A DNA stretch of 63,901 nt, counting the filler, from Atractiella rhizophila (lineage: Eukaryota): the NCBI GenBank assembly GCA_021432655.1. It is 4 parts of 4 records of this genome, joined end to end, with 100 filler letters (N's around TTAATTAATTAA, not from the genome) between each part and the next. Parts side by side here need not be neighbours in the genome. Positions count along the whole stretch, not along the records: positions 51,104 to 59,674 come from MU271734.1; positions 59,775 to 63,901 come from MU271822.1; 2 more parts are not named here. One strand, 5' to 3'. Position numbers and translations under genes: made by a program. The notes under the pieces were generated by a model. The model saw nothing but the letters and a program-made list of their open reading frames with translations. It did no database searches and was not told the origin of the DNA. This document shows positions 51,985-63,901 of this stretch, piece after piece (within the stretch, counting starts at the first letter, position 1; each line of letters opens with the position of its first letter).

Positions 51985-53363
51985 TTATTGCGCTGTCCGC
52001 TGTCTCTTCTTGTGGTCCCTCCCAGTAACATAAGTGGGATGGTCCTCATTTGCCTTGCTCAGCGTGATATCCGTGAGAGAGTCCCGCTTCCTCTTCCGAG
52101 TTTGTTCTACAGTGCTCGTCCGCAACTCGCGCTTTGATAACTCTGCTGTCATTGCGCAACAATCGTCTTTTCCCCTATCCGTTTCATTGATTAATTCGGA
52201 AGGCTCCGTCGCTAGTCGTAATTCGCGACTGTTGTTCTCCCTGTTTTGAAGGTTATACGACAAGGCTTGAGAAGGAACTTTGACGAACGGAAGCTCGATA
52301 TGTCGCCCACATGTGTCACATTTGCAAGTTTTCTTTCCGTCCTCTCCGACGAAATAGTCTTTGGAGTATCTCACCAGAATTTCCTACTCTTCTTCACTGT
52401 CTATCCTGCAAAAAAGAGGAAGGACAGACCATTCCTTTAGCAATTGTTCTTGTCACTAAAACAGCCTGAGTTTTCGCTGAGCTTTCTCCCGCAACCTCTC
52501 GGTACATGAGACTAGCATTCGGGTGACAATCGTGCTTCAATCACTTGTATTAATTCTCAACGATCATTAGAGACTACGCCTTACATTGACGAATCGGGCT
52601 GGTCCAAGTAGAATGTGATTGTTTTTCTTTCCGTCTTGCATGATAGAGGAGCAATGCTCTGATATGAACTCTTTGGCCTGGTCTTCCGAAACCGGAGCGA
52701 GGGCTCCAATCAGAGGAATTGTGTCTCCTTGTCTCCACTCCTTTGTCGCTATAGCTGTTAAGTCAGCTACTCCGCCTGTCTGAGGCAAGGTTCGATAACG
52801 CGTTGTCACTGCGAGTTTGAAGCCAATGGAGGGCTGGAAGAGACGTAGGTAACGGATGACGTGGGCTTTGATTTGGGAACTTGTGGCCATCCTAAATTTA
52901 CTTGCGATCTTCGTGATCCTGTGATGCTCATAAGCCCGTATTCCATGGGTCAAAGCGAGGTGCGCACCTCATGAATTCGTCGGCCGCATGGAGAAGGGAG
53001 CCTCCGCTCCGAAGCTATCTTTCGATGTTCAGCGTTGTGTGTGCAAATATGTATGAACGCGTCACCTTTTCTTTCAACCTTATCACCCCATCTGCGATGC
53101 CGCCTAGCAGTCGCGGGGCGAACCTGAGCTCTCCCTTCTCGAATTTGTGGCAGACTCGCTCGTCTGGCAAGTCTGGATCGATCAAAAATCGACTGCAGTA
53201 AATGTTTGAGCAAATACGCCAGAGGACATGACACGGACGTTATCACATCGTCCACTTTGATGAGCTCTGCTGCATTTAGTGGCGGAAGCTTCTTTGTGTT
53301 CTTACTTTTGCTCTCGTGCCTTTCGGGTTTTTGCCTTGAAGAGCGTTGTGCTGTCATTAGCAT
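51985..53363 (-). CDS. SET-domain protein of the Set9/KMT5 (H4K20 methyltransferase) type
   Basis: HVIRYLRLFQPSIGF..TTRY, LLGPARFVN|HDCHPN, EEILVRYSKDYF..CKCDTC; start and 3' exons uncertain (may extend toward 51104). Confidence 0.75.
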
Positions 53364-53639
53364 TCTTCTCCGTTTGTCGAATTCTCTAAGGAGTGTGAGC
53401 TTTGTAGATGCACGTATTCTCCTTATCACTCGAACTGACAACAACGAATTTTTTGTCTTGTTGTCTTCTGTGCCTAACAATGCATTAACAATAGCGAAGC
53501 GATTACACTGTGGCGTGACTGTTATTCTCTTTGTTTGTATCATTGTTCCCCTTTTTGCTGTGCTTTGAACATATTGTGCACCAACAACATTTTACCGCCT
53601 CTACTTCTACCTCCTTTTGTTTTTAACGATTCCTTGGCG

Positions 53640-55070
53640 AATTTGATACTGACAGGGTCGCCACAGCCGGGTACCGTTCAACCTAACAGCTCTCGGAGGT
53701 GAGGAACCGCTAGTTTCTTATTGATGACAGTTAACAACAGTGAGTAGATAACTTTTCGGGTTATGCTGGGTAAGTATGCCAATACTGGTCAGAAAAGCAA
53801 GCTTAGGTAGATATTTGGCAGACCTACTAGCACAGAGTAAGCTTTTCTTCGTCATTGATCAACATTCCGACCTGATCGATGTTTACAGTCCTGGTCAATG
53901 GCAATATAACCGTTGTTTGTGCGTCTCGCATTTATTATGCTGCCGGTACAGAAACTGACGAGCTATAGATGCTCTAATGATGTCTACAACCTCATTCGTG
54001 AGCAAAATCCCTACCTCCATAATTGCTTAGGTTCTGAGTGCAAGGAATGTTTCAGAGGGATGCCAAGGTCAGTATCTCTCCATACGCTGATACTGTTATA
54101 TTGACTGTGCCTTAGATTGTCAGGGTCAGTGCCACAATGAGCGTGTGCATCACATTCTCAAGCGTTTTATGCAGGGAAGCAGGTGATCAAGTTCGAGAGT
54201 TGGACAGCAAGTTGCAATTCGAGTTTTGTGGGGACAACAGGTTACCCTGTTCTGCGCTTTCCTTTGACAATCCCTTCTACGACTGTCATTCCCCCATGGG
54301 CGTTAATAAACAACATCGGTGGCATATGGACGGAATCCCAAGTGTGTAATTTATGTCAAGTGTGTTACGGGTCGGCTCACGGAGAGGCTGCAGGCTTACG
54401 ATAATGCCACTGCAACGACGACGGCAAGTGGGACGCCATCAAATACTTCACCCTCTGATGATAACGGTAAAAAAAGTTCTACACCTGTCGGTGCGATTGT
54501 GGGTGGTGAGCACACTTTTGCATCAGTACACACAGCATTCTGATGAGTCGATAGGTGTGATCGGAGGTGTCGCAGTCCTGGCAGCGATTGGGGTTGCGTT
54601 CTTCTTCCTTCGACGTCGGTCGAACGCGAAGCAAGAACCACGTCAGCTAAAACCTCAAATGGGACAAGTGAACGCGTTCAATCCGTCCACCGCGCCATCT
54701 CTCAACTCCTCCCCCTTCACGCCACCTCCAGCATCTGAAGCCTCCTATCCTTCCCGTTTCTATCCGGGCTCCCCTCCTGCACGCACTGCTTACACGACGC
54801 AACACAGCTCTCACGGACACAGTCACAGTCATGAATCTCAACCTATGCTGGGACCTGGCGGTATCAGACAAGGTAGTCCTGATATCGATGCAAGTGGACG
54901 TGTTATTCCGTGCGTTCTCTTATACCAGTCGTTAAGCCTGTCTTAATGAATTGGACGCAGGGAAATTCAAAGCGAAGATCTCGCGATGCCCGATACTTAC
55001 GAAAGCTATGGACGACGGTAGAACTTTCTTCTGGATAGACATTCTGTGCTTGTTTTTGATATACCCTGCG
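53640..55070 (+). CDS. Single-pass membrane protein with Cys-containing ectodomain, S/T linker and Pro-rich tail
   Basis: CSNDVYNL, PWALINNIGGIW, VGAIVGG|VIGGVAVLAAIGVAFFFLRRR; paralogue of 57185-58779; 5' end unclear. Confidence 0.65.
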
Positions 55071-55367
55071 GCAAAATTTGTATTTAGCCCGACTTGTTCA
55101 CCAGTTGAACCCGTTCATTTATTCCCCTCGACCCTGCTCGAGCAGTTGTAGAGGGAGCCTACCTATACATTTCAGAATACTTTCGTACCTGTCTCCGTTG
55201 GCTCCGTTATCAAATTCCGGCAAGACGGTCCGTTGATGCGACGTCATTTCTCATCTTGCTCTCCCTCTCCTCAAGGAATTTCGGAAAGCCACCATCATCG
55301 CCATCAGCTCGCTTGATCTGCACCCCAACCAATCGCCCGAATCAAAGTAAGAAATCTCGACTACACC

Positions 55368-56267
55368 ATGCCTCTCATCCCCTTCTTGCCTTCCACTACC
55401 GTCTTGCCATCCCTCCAGAAGGCACAACTCGTCCCAGCGGTTGCACCAGCAGATTTCCAGCCTTCCGTCTTCTTATCGATCACGTACAATGGAAAAGAGG
55501 TAGAGTTGGGGAAAGAACTGACGCCTGAGGAGACGGCAACTGAACCTGTGGTATCGTTTCTTGGAAAGGTCTGTTCGTCTCTATCATCATTGACCGAGGG
55601 AACTGATGAACTGACGAACTGGTTGATTGGCGCTTAGAATCCAGACAGAAACGAAAGCTATACCATCATGCTCCTTGATTTCGTGCGCTTCCCTCCCTCG
55701 GAGGTCGTCCTTCTCATTTGCTCACGAACGCATAGGATGCGCCATCTCCAGCAGACCGCAAATTCTCTCCTTGGCGGTCTGTCAGTCCCACCCTTCCCGT
55801 CCGCCGCTGACTTCTGTCGTTCATCGAGTTAGGCACTGGGTACAACCAGGATTGGTACCTATGACGGCTACAGGATTGGAGTCTCTGGTATCCACGACAT
55901 CCTCAGAGGGCGAGCTCGGGAGTCAAATGGTGAAGACGACATCTGAGGCGGCGACAAGTTATAAGGGACCTGGGCCAAACGAAGGGAGCGGGCGCGTCCT
56001 TGCCTCTGCCTTCTCTGCTTCAATCGGAAACTGATCCGGTTTGGGAACAGGTTGCATCGCTATGTCTTCCTCCTCTACCTCGAGACATCTCCTGGTCAAG
56101 TGACAAAAGAAAGCACGGGAGGAGACGTGTTTGAGTCCAGACGAACGTGGAAGCATGAAGAGTTCGTCAAGGAGAAAGGCCTGGAGCTCGTTGCTACCAC
56201 TTGGTTCAAATGTCGGAATGCGAAGGATAAGGAGGCGGACCTGAAAGGAGCGAATGACTTTTTGTGA
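55368..56267 (+). CDS. PEBP family protein (phosphatidylethanolamine-binding / Tfs1-like)
   Basis: FQPSVFLSITYNGKEVELGKELTPEETATEP, SYTIMLLD..DAPS, RHWVQPG, YKGPGP..GSG|LHRYVFLLY. Confidence 0.9.
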
Positions 56268-56362
56268 GCTGTCGCCAGCCAGTTAAAGCTGGATTTGTCT
56301 GTGGTGCAAATTTGGGGAGTAAACTATCAAGATGCGATAAATGAGAAATCTAGCGATGTACA

Positions 56363-57010
56363 CTACTCAGAGAACTTTTCACACTGTAACATTGTAACCT
56401 CTGTTTCAAAGGGTTTGCTGAAGGCAAGAACTTGAAATGAAAGTTTTGAATAACGACCAGGATCCGTGCTAGTCGACCAATCTGCAAGAAATGTGCTGTG
56501 TGAATGTATGACCTCCCGCACGCCTCCACGAGCCAGCGTATATTCATCCAGGGCAGCAAGATCATCTGGATGATCATCATATTTCACGTCCCTTACATTC
56601 GAATGGGTTTCGAATACGAATACTATCAACTTTTCGCCCCAGTCGTGGAATTGCCCACCGCCTGAAAGCACATTCAGGTCCATTTTCCACAAATCCTCGC
56701 TCAACGTTGTAACTTACTACTAGGCTGAGTTTCAAAAGTGGCTGGCTTCAAGTTGTGCAAGAAGGAGAAGGAATCAAACCGAGGGGGCTGACATGCACCG
56801 TTGAAGTTCAAGGGAGACGAGAAAAAAAGAAAACGTCGCACATGCACAATAGAGAGATTCGACAAGAGTTCCAGGACGAGTTCAAGCACTGATGCATGGA
56901 TCCATTGGTAGCGTTTCTGTGACAGACGCTTTGTTGTATTTCTTCATTGTGGAGTTGTGGATAATCCATTAGATCCAGCATGGAACTTGAACACAATCCT
57001 AGCGTCATTT
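56363..57010 (-). CDS. Small hypothetical multi-exon protein
   Basis: Minus-strand ORF 56363-56704 plus upstream exon-like segments; no family recognised. Confidence 0.35.
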
Positions 57011-57184
57011 CATTGGCTGACCAGGGACATATTCCTATCTTTTCTGGCTGAAGGAGCGCCTTGTTGCTGTTTTCTGCTTACATTGTATCTCTTGCCTCAT
57101 CGGCTCATCTTTGATGCTTCCCCATCCCGTTCCCTTGGTAAACATTTTACTGAAGCATTGTGTTGAAGGACTTGACTTGCCAAG

Positions 57185-58779
57185 TTATTTTCCTGAGATA
57201 GGTATCACATTCCACCAGGTATCAAACATCCTAAAACCTCCCCCTCCCCTCATCCTGAACCTCCGCCAACCCATTATAAGTCTGACTAGCCCCATAATTC
57301 TGCAAACTCGGAGCGAAGCGAAACTTCCAAACCTCTCCACCTGTCTCTCCTTCGCATCATCACCAGACCACCTCACCGCCTCCCTTTCATTCGGCGCCAT
57401 ATTCACAGAATACGACAAGGACGGCATAGGTACATGTCCCACGCTCCCTCCCCTCCTCCTCCAACTCCTCCGACTCCGAAACCGTTGTTGAAGGCGTAAC
57501 CACCATGTCCAGATGAAGAGGGAACGTAGGACGACGCGGGAGTGATCATTCGTCCTGGGACTTGGGCCATCGGAGGTTGTCTTTGTCCTTGTCCTCGTCC
57601 CTCAGGACGCGTTTGGGGGAGGATGGATGAGGTTGTGCGTTGGGGATACAGTTTGTTGATGTACCACACTCCGGCACCGACGAGACTGATGAGAGCGAGG
57701 CCACCGATCACTGAAAGAAACGAACAGAAACGCGTCACAAAACATCAGAAAAAGAGACGAAAAGCGAAAGGGGAAGCAGAGAGATTACGTACCGCCGCCC
57801 ACTATCGCTCCTGTACTGTTACTCCCTCCCCCTCCATCTCTACCGGACCCCGTCCCACTCCCTGTGCTTTGTGGCGCGCTAGTCACCCTGGTAGCTGAGA
57901 AGGAAGCGACGCTCGATGACGAAGAATTAGTGTCCACTATTCCAAGTGCGCTTTTCACTTCAGCTTGGGACCACGTGCCGTCGGTGTTATCGATGAACGT
58001 CCACGGAGCGAGGGCGGTGATGGAGGGCACGGCGACGGGTAGTTTGAGCGATGGGAAGCCTTCTGCACCTGTGAAACTCTGTTCCACGAAACACCAACCA
58101 CGGACAGATGAAAATGTCAGATGTGGCAGGTACGAGAGAGGGGAGGGGACGCACGGAGTTGCAGGATTGCGTGAAGGCTGTGAAGGAGAGGACGGTCTTG
58201 GATTGACAGGACTCGCAGGCGGAGATTAGGTTGTATATTGGCATTGAACATCTGCCAAGTGTAGTTAGTACACTTCCATGAAAGGAGGAACTGTCTATAG
58301 ATACAGCGAAAAAGACGAGGCCCATAAAGCACGAGAGAGACACTCTTCCTCAATACAGCACTTGGCAACAAAAGATGTTTGGTTTATTTTTATTGTAGGT
58401 TCTTAACGAGTTAATATTTGATGTATTTCTGGTTTAAGAAACACATGAAATGTTGGTCTTCCACAACTTCCCATTCACACCGAACACAAAAGACAACTCA
58501 CAGGCACTGATTGTACAAGAACTGACTCGAATCCGTGCTCGTCGGCCCAGCATACCCACTGAACTCTGGCGCGAGTGCCTGGAGGTTGAACGTGCCGACG
58601 GTGTTGGTGCAAGCGCCGAACATGGTGCTGAGTACGATGCAGGGGTTCTGGGCGAGGTTATTGTTCATGAAAGCCAAGTCGGCGGAGCAGGTGGCATCGG
58701 TGAGTTGGGCGAAGGCATGGTTGGTGCTAAGGGAGAGGACGGAAAGGAAGGAGAGTAGGACGGTGGCTAGAAAGGGCAT
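57185..58779 (-). CDS. Secreted-type single-pass membrane protein (basidiomycete N..QNPC family)
   Basis: Signal peptide MPFLATVLLSF, ATC..FMNNNLAQNPCIV, CSMPIYNLISACESCQ, PWTFIDNTDGTW, GAIVGG|VIGGLALISLVGAGVWY. Confidence 0.75.
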
Positions 58780-59674
58780 TGGCGCTGAACCTCCCTGAGG
58801 CCAGTTGGAGACTCGCTCCGTGAGTAAGGAAAAAAGCAGGAAAAAGGACGAGTGAAAGGCGAAGGAAGGATCCCAGATCGTCGTTGAAGATATCATAAGC
58901 GCTGTACGTAATTGTATCCTGGCGTGTTTCCAACCAGAAACGGACCTGCCGCAGATTTTACGCGGACCTGATATCCTGATTGGATACTTGGGAGAAGACT
59001 TTCTACAAAGAAATGAATCTTTCAAAGGATACTTATACTTAACTCGCAGTTCCTGACATTAGCTTTTTGAAATGAGAAGTAAATATGGGCGATATTCATT
59101 CCATTGGATAAACTGGCATTGTCCCTCATGATTTCTATTTCACCGCCGGATTGTTGAATGTTCAATCATCAGGACAAAAACCTATGTTCCCGTGTCAACT
59201 GGTTCAGAAAGAGAGACATAGAACGCTTACAGATGACTCCAACGCCTTCACAAGGCGGCTTACAACCGGGAAGGATTTGCCTTTCTTGCATGGTGTTCTG
59301 TCACCCGCCCTTCTCCTCAGCACGGTTTGATGTCGAATGAAGAGAACTCACGGGGACAGTAACTGCTAAAGCAGAGACTATCATCGCAAAGAGAAGAGAC
59401 AGTCGCGCGTTGTTCATGTTTTCTGGGTTCTTATCCTCCAAACGTTCGATGCCTCTCATCTTGTCTGACACCTCCTTTATATCACATCCATTGCTCGCAC
59501 ATAAGCGTGGGAGTTAACCGGGGACGGTGCGAGAGGAGAGGATCAAAGGAGAAATCATAAACCGAAGTCCGTCATAGCCGCCTATAACTGCAACGACGAG
59601 TGGACTTGGAGTGGACGCTATTGGCTCGTCTTCTTCTCATGAAGTAAAAAAGGCTGGGAAAGCATGACATGGAG

Positions 59675-59774
59675 NNNNNNNNNNNNNNNNNNNNNNNNNN
59701 NNNNNNNNNNNNNNNNNNTTAATTAATTAANNNNNNNNNNNNNNNNNNNNNNNNNNNNNNNNNNNNNNNNNNNN
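59675..59774. other. Artificial contig linker
   Basis: N44-TTAATTAATTAA-N44. Confidence 0.95.
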
Positions 59775-59829
59775 GGTGCGCAGAATTTCCCCGTTATACT
59801 TCGGGTCACGTTGATTGGATGCTCCGAGT

Positions 59830-62800
59830 TTAGAAAAAATTGAAGCAAGGACGATTCATCGAAGTGGGGGATCAAAACGAGCAATGGTACTGGGTCAAGT
59901 GGGAGAACTTTGATGCTTCAGAAAATACCTGGTTCGACTTCCTCTCGCAGCTCTTCAGTACATGTGATTGACATTCTCATGGTGTAAAAGGGAACCAAGA
60001 GAAAATGTGAATGACTGCGTGGCATTGGATGACTTTGAAGAAGGATTCAAAAACGATCTCGCCATCGGACTCTTTTGCGTCAAACCTTCACTTCTCGAAG
60101 ATGGTGTGACGCCAGCTCAGGATCGTGAATATGTTAAGGGAACAAAAGATAGGTGTGTTTCACTCCTGTTGGATCAACTGGATAGAAATTGACGGCGCAC
60201 ATAGGATCTCCATTGCATACGACTTCGGTGATGACATCGTTCAAAAGTTTTGGGACATGGTTGTCGGTTACCTGCCTGGTGCGTTTCACTCCCTTTTACT
60301 TCGTTTCTTGTTTTGCTCAAGCCGACAACAGCCGGAAGCGATGAGGGAACATCAAATCAACTGTCTTCCAGCTCGAACGTCTTACGAGGTGTGAACAGAC
60401 GAAAAATCCGCTCACCATCACCTCCTCTCGGTCTGAGATCCTCACTAACTTCCAAATCTCCAAGCACAAAGGCACAAAAGGGGAAAAAGAGGAAGAGAGA
60501 CATCATTGAATCTGATTCTGAGAGGTCCGATAGTTCCTCTTACTGCCAGGTGTTTAACATTGGAGATCAGTTCCGACTCCGAACCCCTTGTCAGCGTTCA
60601 TCGCCTGAGACGAGCTGATGAGAGTGGCGCGAAGAAGAGGAAAAGGAGCACCAAAGCGGAGAAACAAGCGGAGGAAGATGCTAACAATCCTATCCTGCAA
60701 AGGAGGAAGAAGGCTCGAATGAAAGCGTTCGGGAAGGATACTCCACCTCCAGAGGAACAAACAGCTAGGTCAAAGATCAAAGATCAACCTAACAAGGGGA
60801 GAGCGAGGGGTTCAATAGCTGAGTACGCCAATCCCTCATTGTGGATCAAACCTTTGAATTTGCATAGTGAGAGCGGCGTCACTCATCCAACAAAGTCTCC
60901 TCAGATCAAAAAAGGAGTTAGCCGCGTAAATATGGGAGCTCAAGGGAGAACGAGTTCGTTCCAGATTTCAGTCTCACTGGCAGCTGAACAACTTACTCTT
61001 GCAGTGGCGCCTCCTCCTACACATTCCAAAAGCTTTTCCTATCTACAGATGCAAGGTCTCAGTGCGAAGAGGAGGAACCAAGAAGAGAAGAAGTATCAGC
61101 AAGAGCAGAAAACGGCCGACGAAGCCAATAACGAGCGAGAATGTCAACGACAGCGCGACTCCTACCTCAGCCTGCACGACAAGGACCAAATTTTCTTCGA
61201 GTTCAACCGCTGCAGGACGCATCTTCGCGACCTTAAGGATCAGAAGCAAGCGGCACATCAATTGGCGGAACGAGCCTCTAGGCTGAACAAAGAAATGCTT
61301 CAGCTGCTCCAGTCCGCCACATTCGGCATCATTGCACCATCATTCTCATTCCCAGGGCATGACGTGGACCAGCAGCTTGTCAAAGAGCGGTTTCGCATTG
61401 GAGCTCTGTACATTACAGCGTTGCAGTACGGGAACCAACTCGAATGGCTTGGGAGTGGCAGTCATCCGAATAACATTCAGTCAGTTAACATTGTCTTCAT
61501 CCACCGCGACTCCCTCCGAATCATAGTCCAATACCTCGATAGATCCTCGAAACATTTGACAAAGGAGGATAATAGTGGCTTCCAAAACCTTGTATCTCTG
61601 ATCCGAGTCTTGAAGAACAATCAGGCAGCGGTCATCTTATTTGGCCAAGGTAGAGAGCCTCAGCGCATACTCAGAGCAGGTGTGTCCCTTCTTTGAACCG
61701 GCTTTCTTGCGTTAAGTCGGCGTCCAGGATCTATGATCATCCTGTCTTGGAAAGTCATCCGAGACAACATTGATGGTATCATGGACCTGGTTGAAAAGGT
61801 GATGTACGATGAGGATGTGGTTATTTACGTTCATCCCATCACGCTGTATGTTTCTTGTTTGCAGGAAATGAAGGTGCTGACGCAATAAAGCATCATTGCG
61901 CGCCTCTACCTGTTATTTCTCCAGGACATTAAAATGTCCAATGGGACAAGGAAAGAGAGGTAATACATTCTCTATGCGTATTAGGCTCCTGACAACGAGT
62001 AGGGAGAATGCAACCTTTGTACTCCAGTTCGCTAAGGAGAGCCATTATTTTCTGAACCTCTTACGCGCTGGAGGAATCAAATTGCTGCCCGAGGCGGCCG
62101 TCGACCACGATTCACATTGGCATCCATTTCTCCACCGTTCCATCCAGGAGGTCGCCGGCGTAGTAGTCGCAAAGGAGCTCTATCTACTCCCGAGAGGAGT
62201 TCAAAATTCTGGTAATGCCGAACAAATGTACAACGACCTGATTTCATTCGAAGAAAGTTTACTCTCTGCCGCCGTGTCGCAGCTTCAACGCGCCAACTTT
62301 AACAGGGCAATCGACGGCGAGGAACACATTAGGCGAATAATACGCTTATACCCTTCCGAAGCGTTTGCAGATATATCCGACCGAAAAGGGGTGAGCAATC
62401 CGTCTGCACCGAAATTATCAGCGTAACACATTTCCAGGTCGATGGGACGACTTTGAGTCGGTTATTAAAACAGCTGGTAGGGCAAGACCTGAAGGATTGG
62501 ACCAGTTTTGGCTAATTGCGTTACAATTGTAGTCATCATAAAGCACATCTGATCAACAACAGCTGGGGACAAAGTTTGTGTGGGATCCGTATTCGAAACC
62601 CGGGCTCAACCTCAGAAAAGTTGGATTAATGGGTCGATCGAGAGCTTGAGAGTCCCAAAGTCAGGAATTTCTGACTGACCCTATGCGATCCCAACCAAAC
62701 CGCAAGCCGTGGGACTGGCGGAACGGTGGTTAACCTGTGATATACCTCAGTTCTGAGTGGAGAGTCAATCGTGTCCTGCTCCTGAATCGGTGTAGAGAGG

Positions 62801-62870
62801 GTAAGCTGACTCTAATGATTTACAGCAAGGATCCAGAAGAGAACTGGCAACACCGTTCGAAAACTAATTG
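59830..62870 (+). CDS. Chromodomain-containing nuclear protein, 5' incomplete, multi-exon
   Basis: WYWVKWENFDASENTW|EPRENVNDC across a short intron (59885-60016) is a chromodomain; basic NLS-like runs follow, then a coiled coil and a globular C-terminal region. Confidence 0.75.
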
Positions 62871-63207
62871 AACAAGAATTCAACTGCTCAAGCGAAGGGT
62901 ATTTGAGACCATCGCATTACAGCTTACCCACTCTCAGTATCCAAGCCCCCATCTTTTGTTACTTCCACGCCATATCTTTAAGGGCCGTTTTCAGTTCTTT
63001 CAGGAAGTAATCGTGATCGTTCATTCTCCTTCGATATGATCGTGGTCCCCTGTCACTTGCCCACCTTCTATCCTGCAACTCCGGGAAGAGGGACCGCTGC
63101 GATTAGTACCCTCAGCAGCCTGCTGAGGAGTGTATTGAGGGGACTACTCGTCACATAGACAGCTTTGACTAGTCTTGATATCAAGCCTGTGAGAGATATG
63201 GCTCTCA

Positions 63208-63901
63208 TTAGGCACTCAGCATGCTTTCGGTGCTTCTACAAGTTGCGGTTAGGGTTAGGGTCTTGCCTTCTGGATCCCCAGCGTTTTGACCACCATCTTC
63301 GTGTACGCTGTGGATCCAGATCCGGCTCGTTCCAACATGGTAGCGAGAGTCTGGTAATTCAACATCCACAAGTGTCAACGCTCCTTCATCAGCCTTATTA
63401 GTCACATCAGTCCAATCAGTTTTATCAGAAATTCCATCAGTTATATCAATTTTTACATCTTCGTCCTGTCTATGTCCAACAATCGACTACCCACTTGATG
63501 ACCGAGACCCTCCCCCGCACCAACCCTCCTTGCATATTCCAGACACGATTACACGACAGCCCTCCCCCTCTGTCACTGAACCGTTATTCTCAACTTCCTA
63601 CTCCATGGAAGTACCCCATTACCCGGTTGGTGGAGGAAATGGAAATTTCATCATTGACGGCGTTCCCCAAGTGTCAGCCGGTTTCGATGCTTGGTGGAGG
63701 GCGATAGTTCCGGGTTTAAAAAGGTTGATGGTGTATCGTTTTTGTCTGGACCGGATGCCGGAGGACAGATATACTCGCACGAAACCGGTATATCCTGGAG
63801 ATGGTGCGTCTGAATCAGCAAAAAGGGCTTGGGAGGTGAATATTACGCAGTGGGATGCTGTGAATGCAAATGCAGTTGCGGTGTTGCGTGCGAACCTCAA
63901 G
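63208..63901 (-). CDS. 3' part of a hypothetical protein running off the window
   Basis: Minus-strand ORFs 63619-63900 and 63208-63405 with intron-sized gaps; no family recognised. Confidence 0.35.

Noticed and set aside
29514..59774. Three identical TTAATTAATTAA motifs within N runs
   Set aside because: Fixed 44+12+44 format marks an artificial concatenation linker, not biology; ORFs and gene neighbourhoods across them are invalid.
51985..62870. Writer-reader pair (SET methyltransferase plus chromodomain)
   Set aside because: Separated by an artificial linker at 59675-59774.
63249..63260. TTAGGGTTAGGG
   Set aside because: Only two units, inside a probable coding exon; consistent with chance. 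The same applies to CTAACCCTAACC near 455.

Overview
Eukaryotic DNA from an intron-rich fungus, most likely a basidiomycete (inferred from ~45-60 nt GT-AG introns, TTAGGG telomere repeat and gene families). Three 100-nt N44-TTAATTAATTAA-N44 linkers (29514, 51004, 59675) show the window is four concatenated sequences, so adjacency across them is meaningless. The first ~20 kb is a rearranged, repeat-rich zone. It holds a large membrane-protein gene, two decayed RNase H-containing LINE copies inside a ~2.2-kb tandem duplication joined by A28, and a 5'-truncated TPR array that appears to splice in frame into an F-box/LRR-like domain. It also holds a 1.6-kb repeat-array element, a non-autonomous hAT transposon with a perfect 8-bp TSD, and a second F-box gene cut off by an interstitial (TTAGGG)15 tract between 338-bp direct repeats. 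The remainder is mostly recognisable fungal genes: GH26, KRE6/SKN1-type GH16, plasma-membrane H+-ATPase (with apparent frameshifts), carboxylesterase, chitin synthase, GMC oxidoreductase (partly duplicated), a probable mitoribosomal bL31m, a Set9-like methyltransferase, PEBP, two paralogous single-pass membrane proteins and a chromodomain protein. Gene boundaries are approximate because introns were read by eye.
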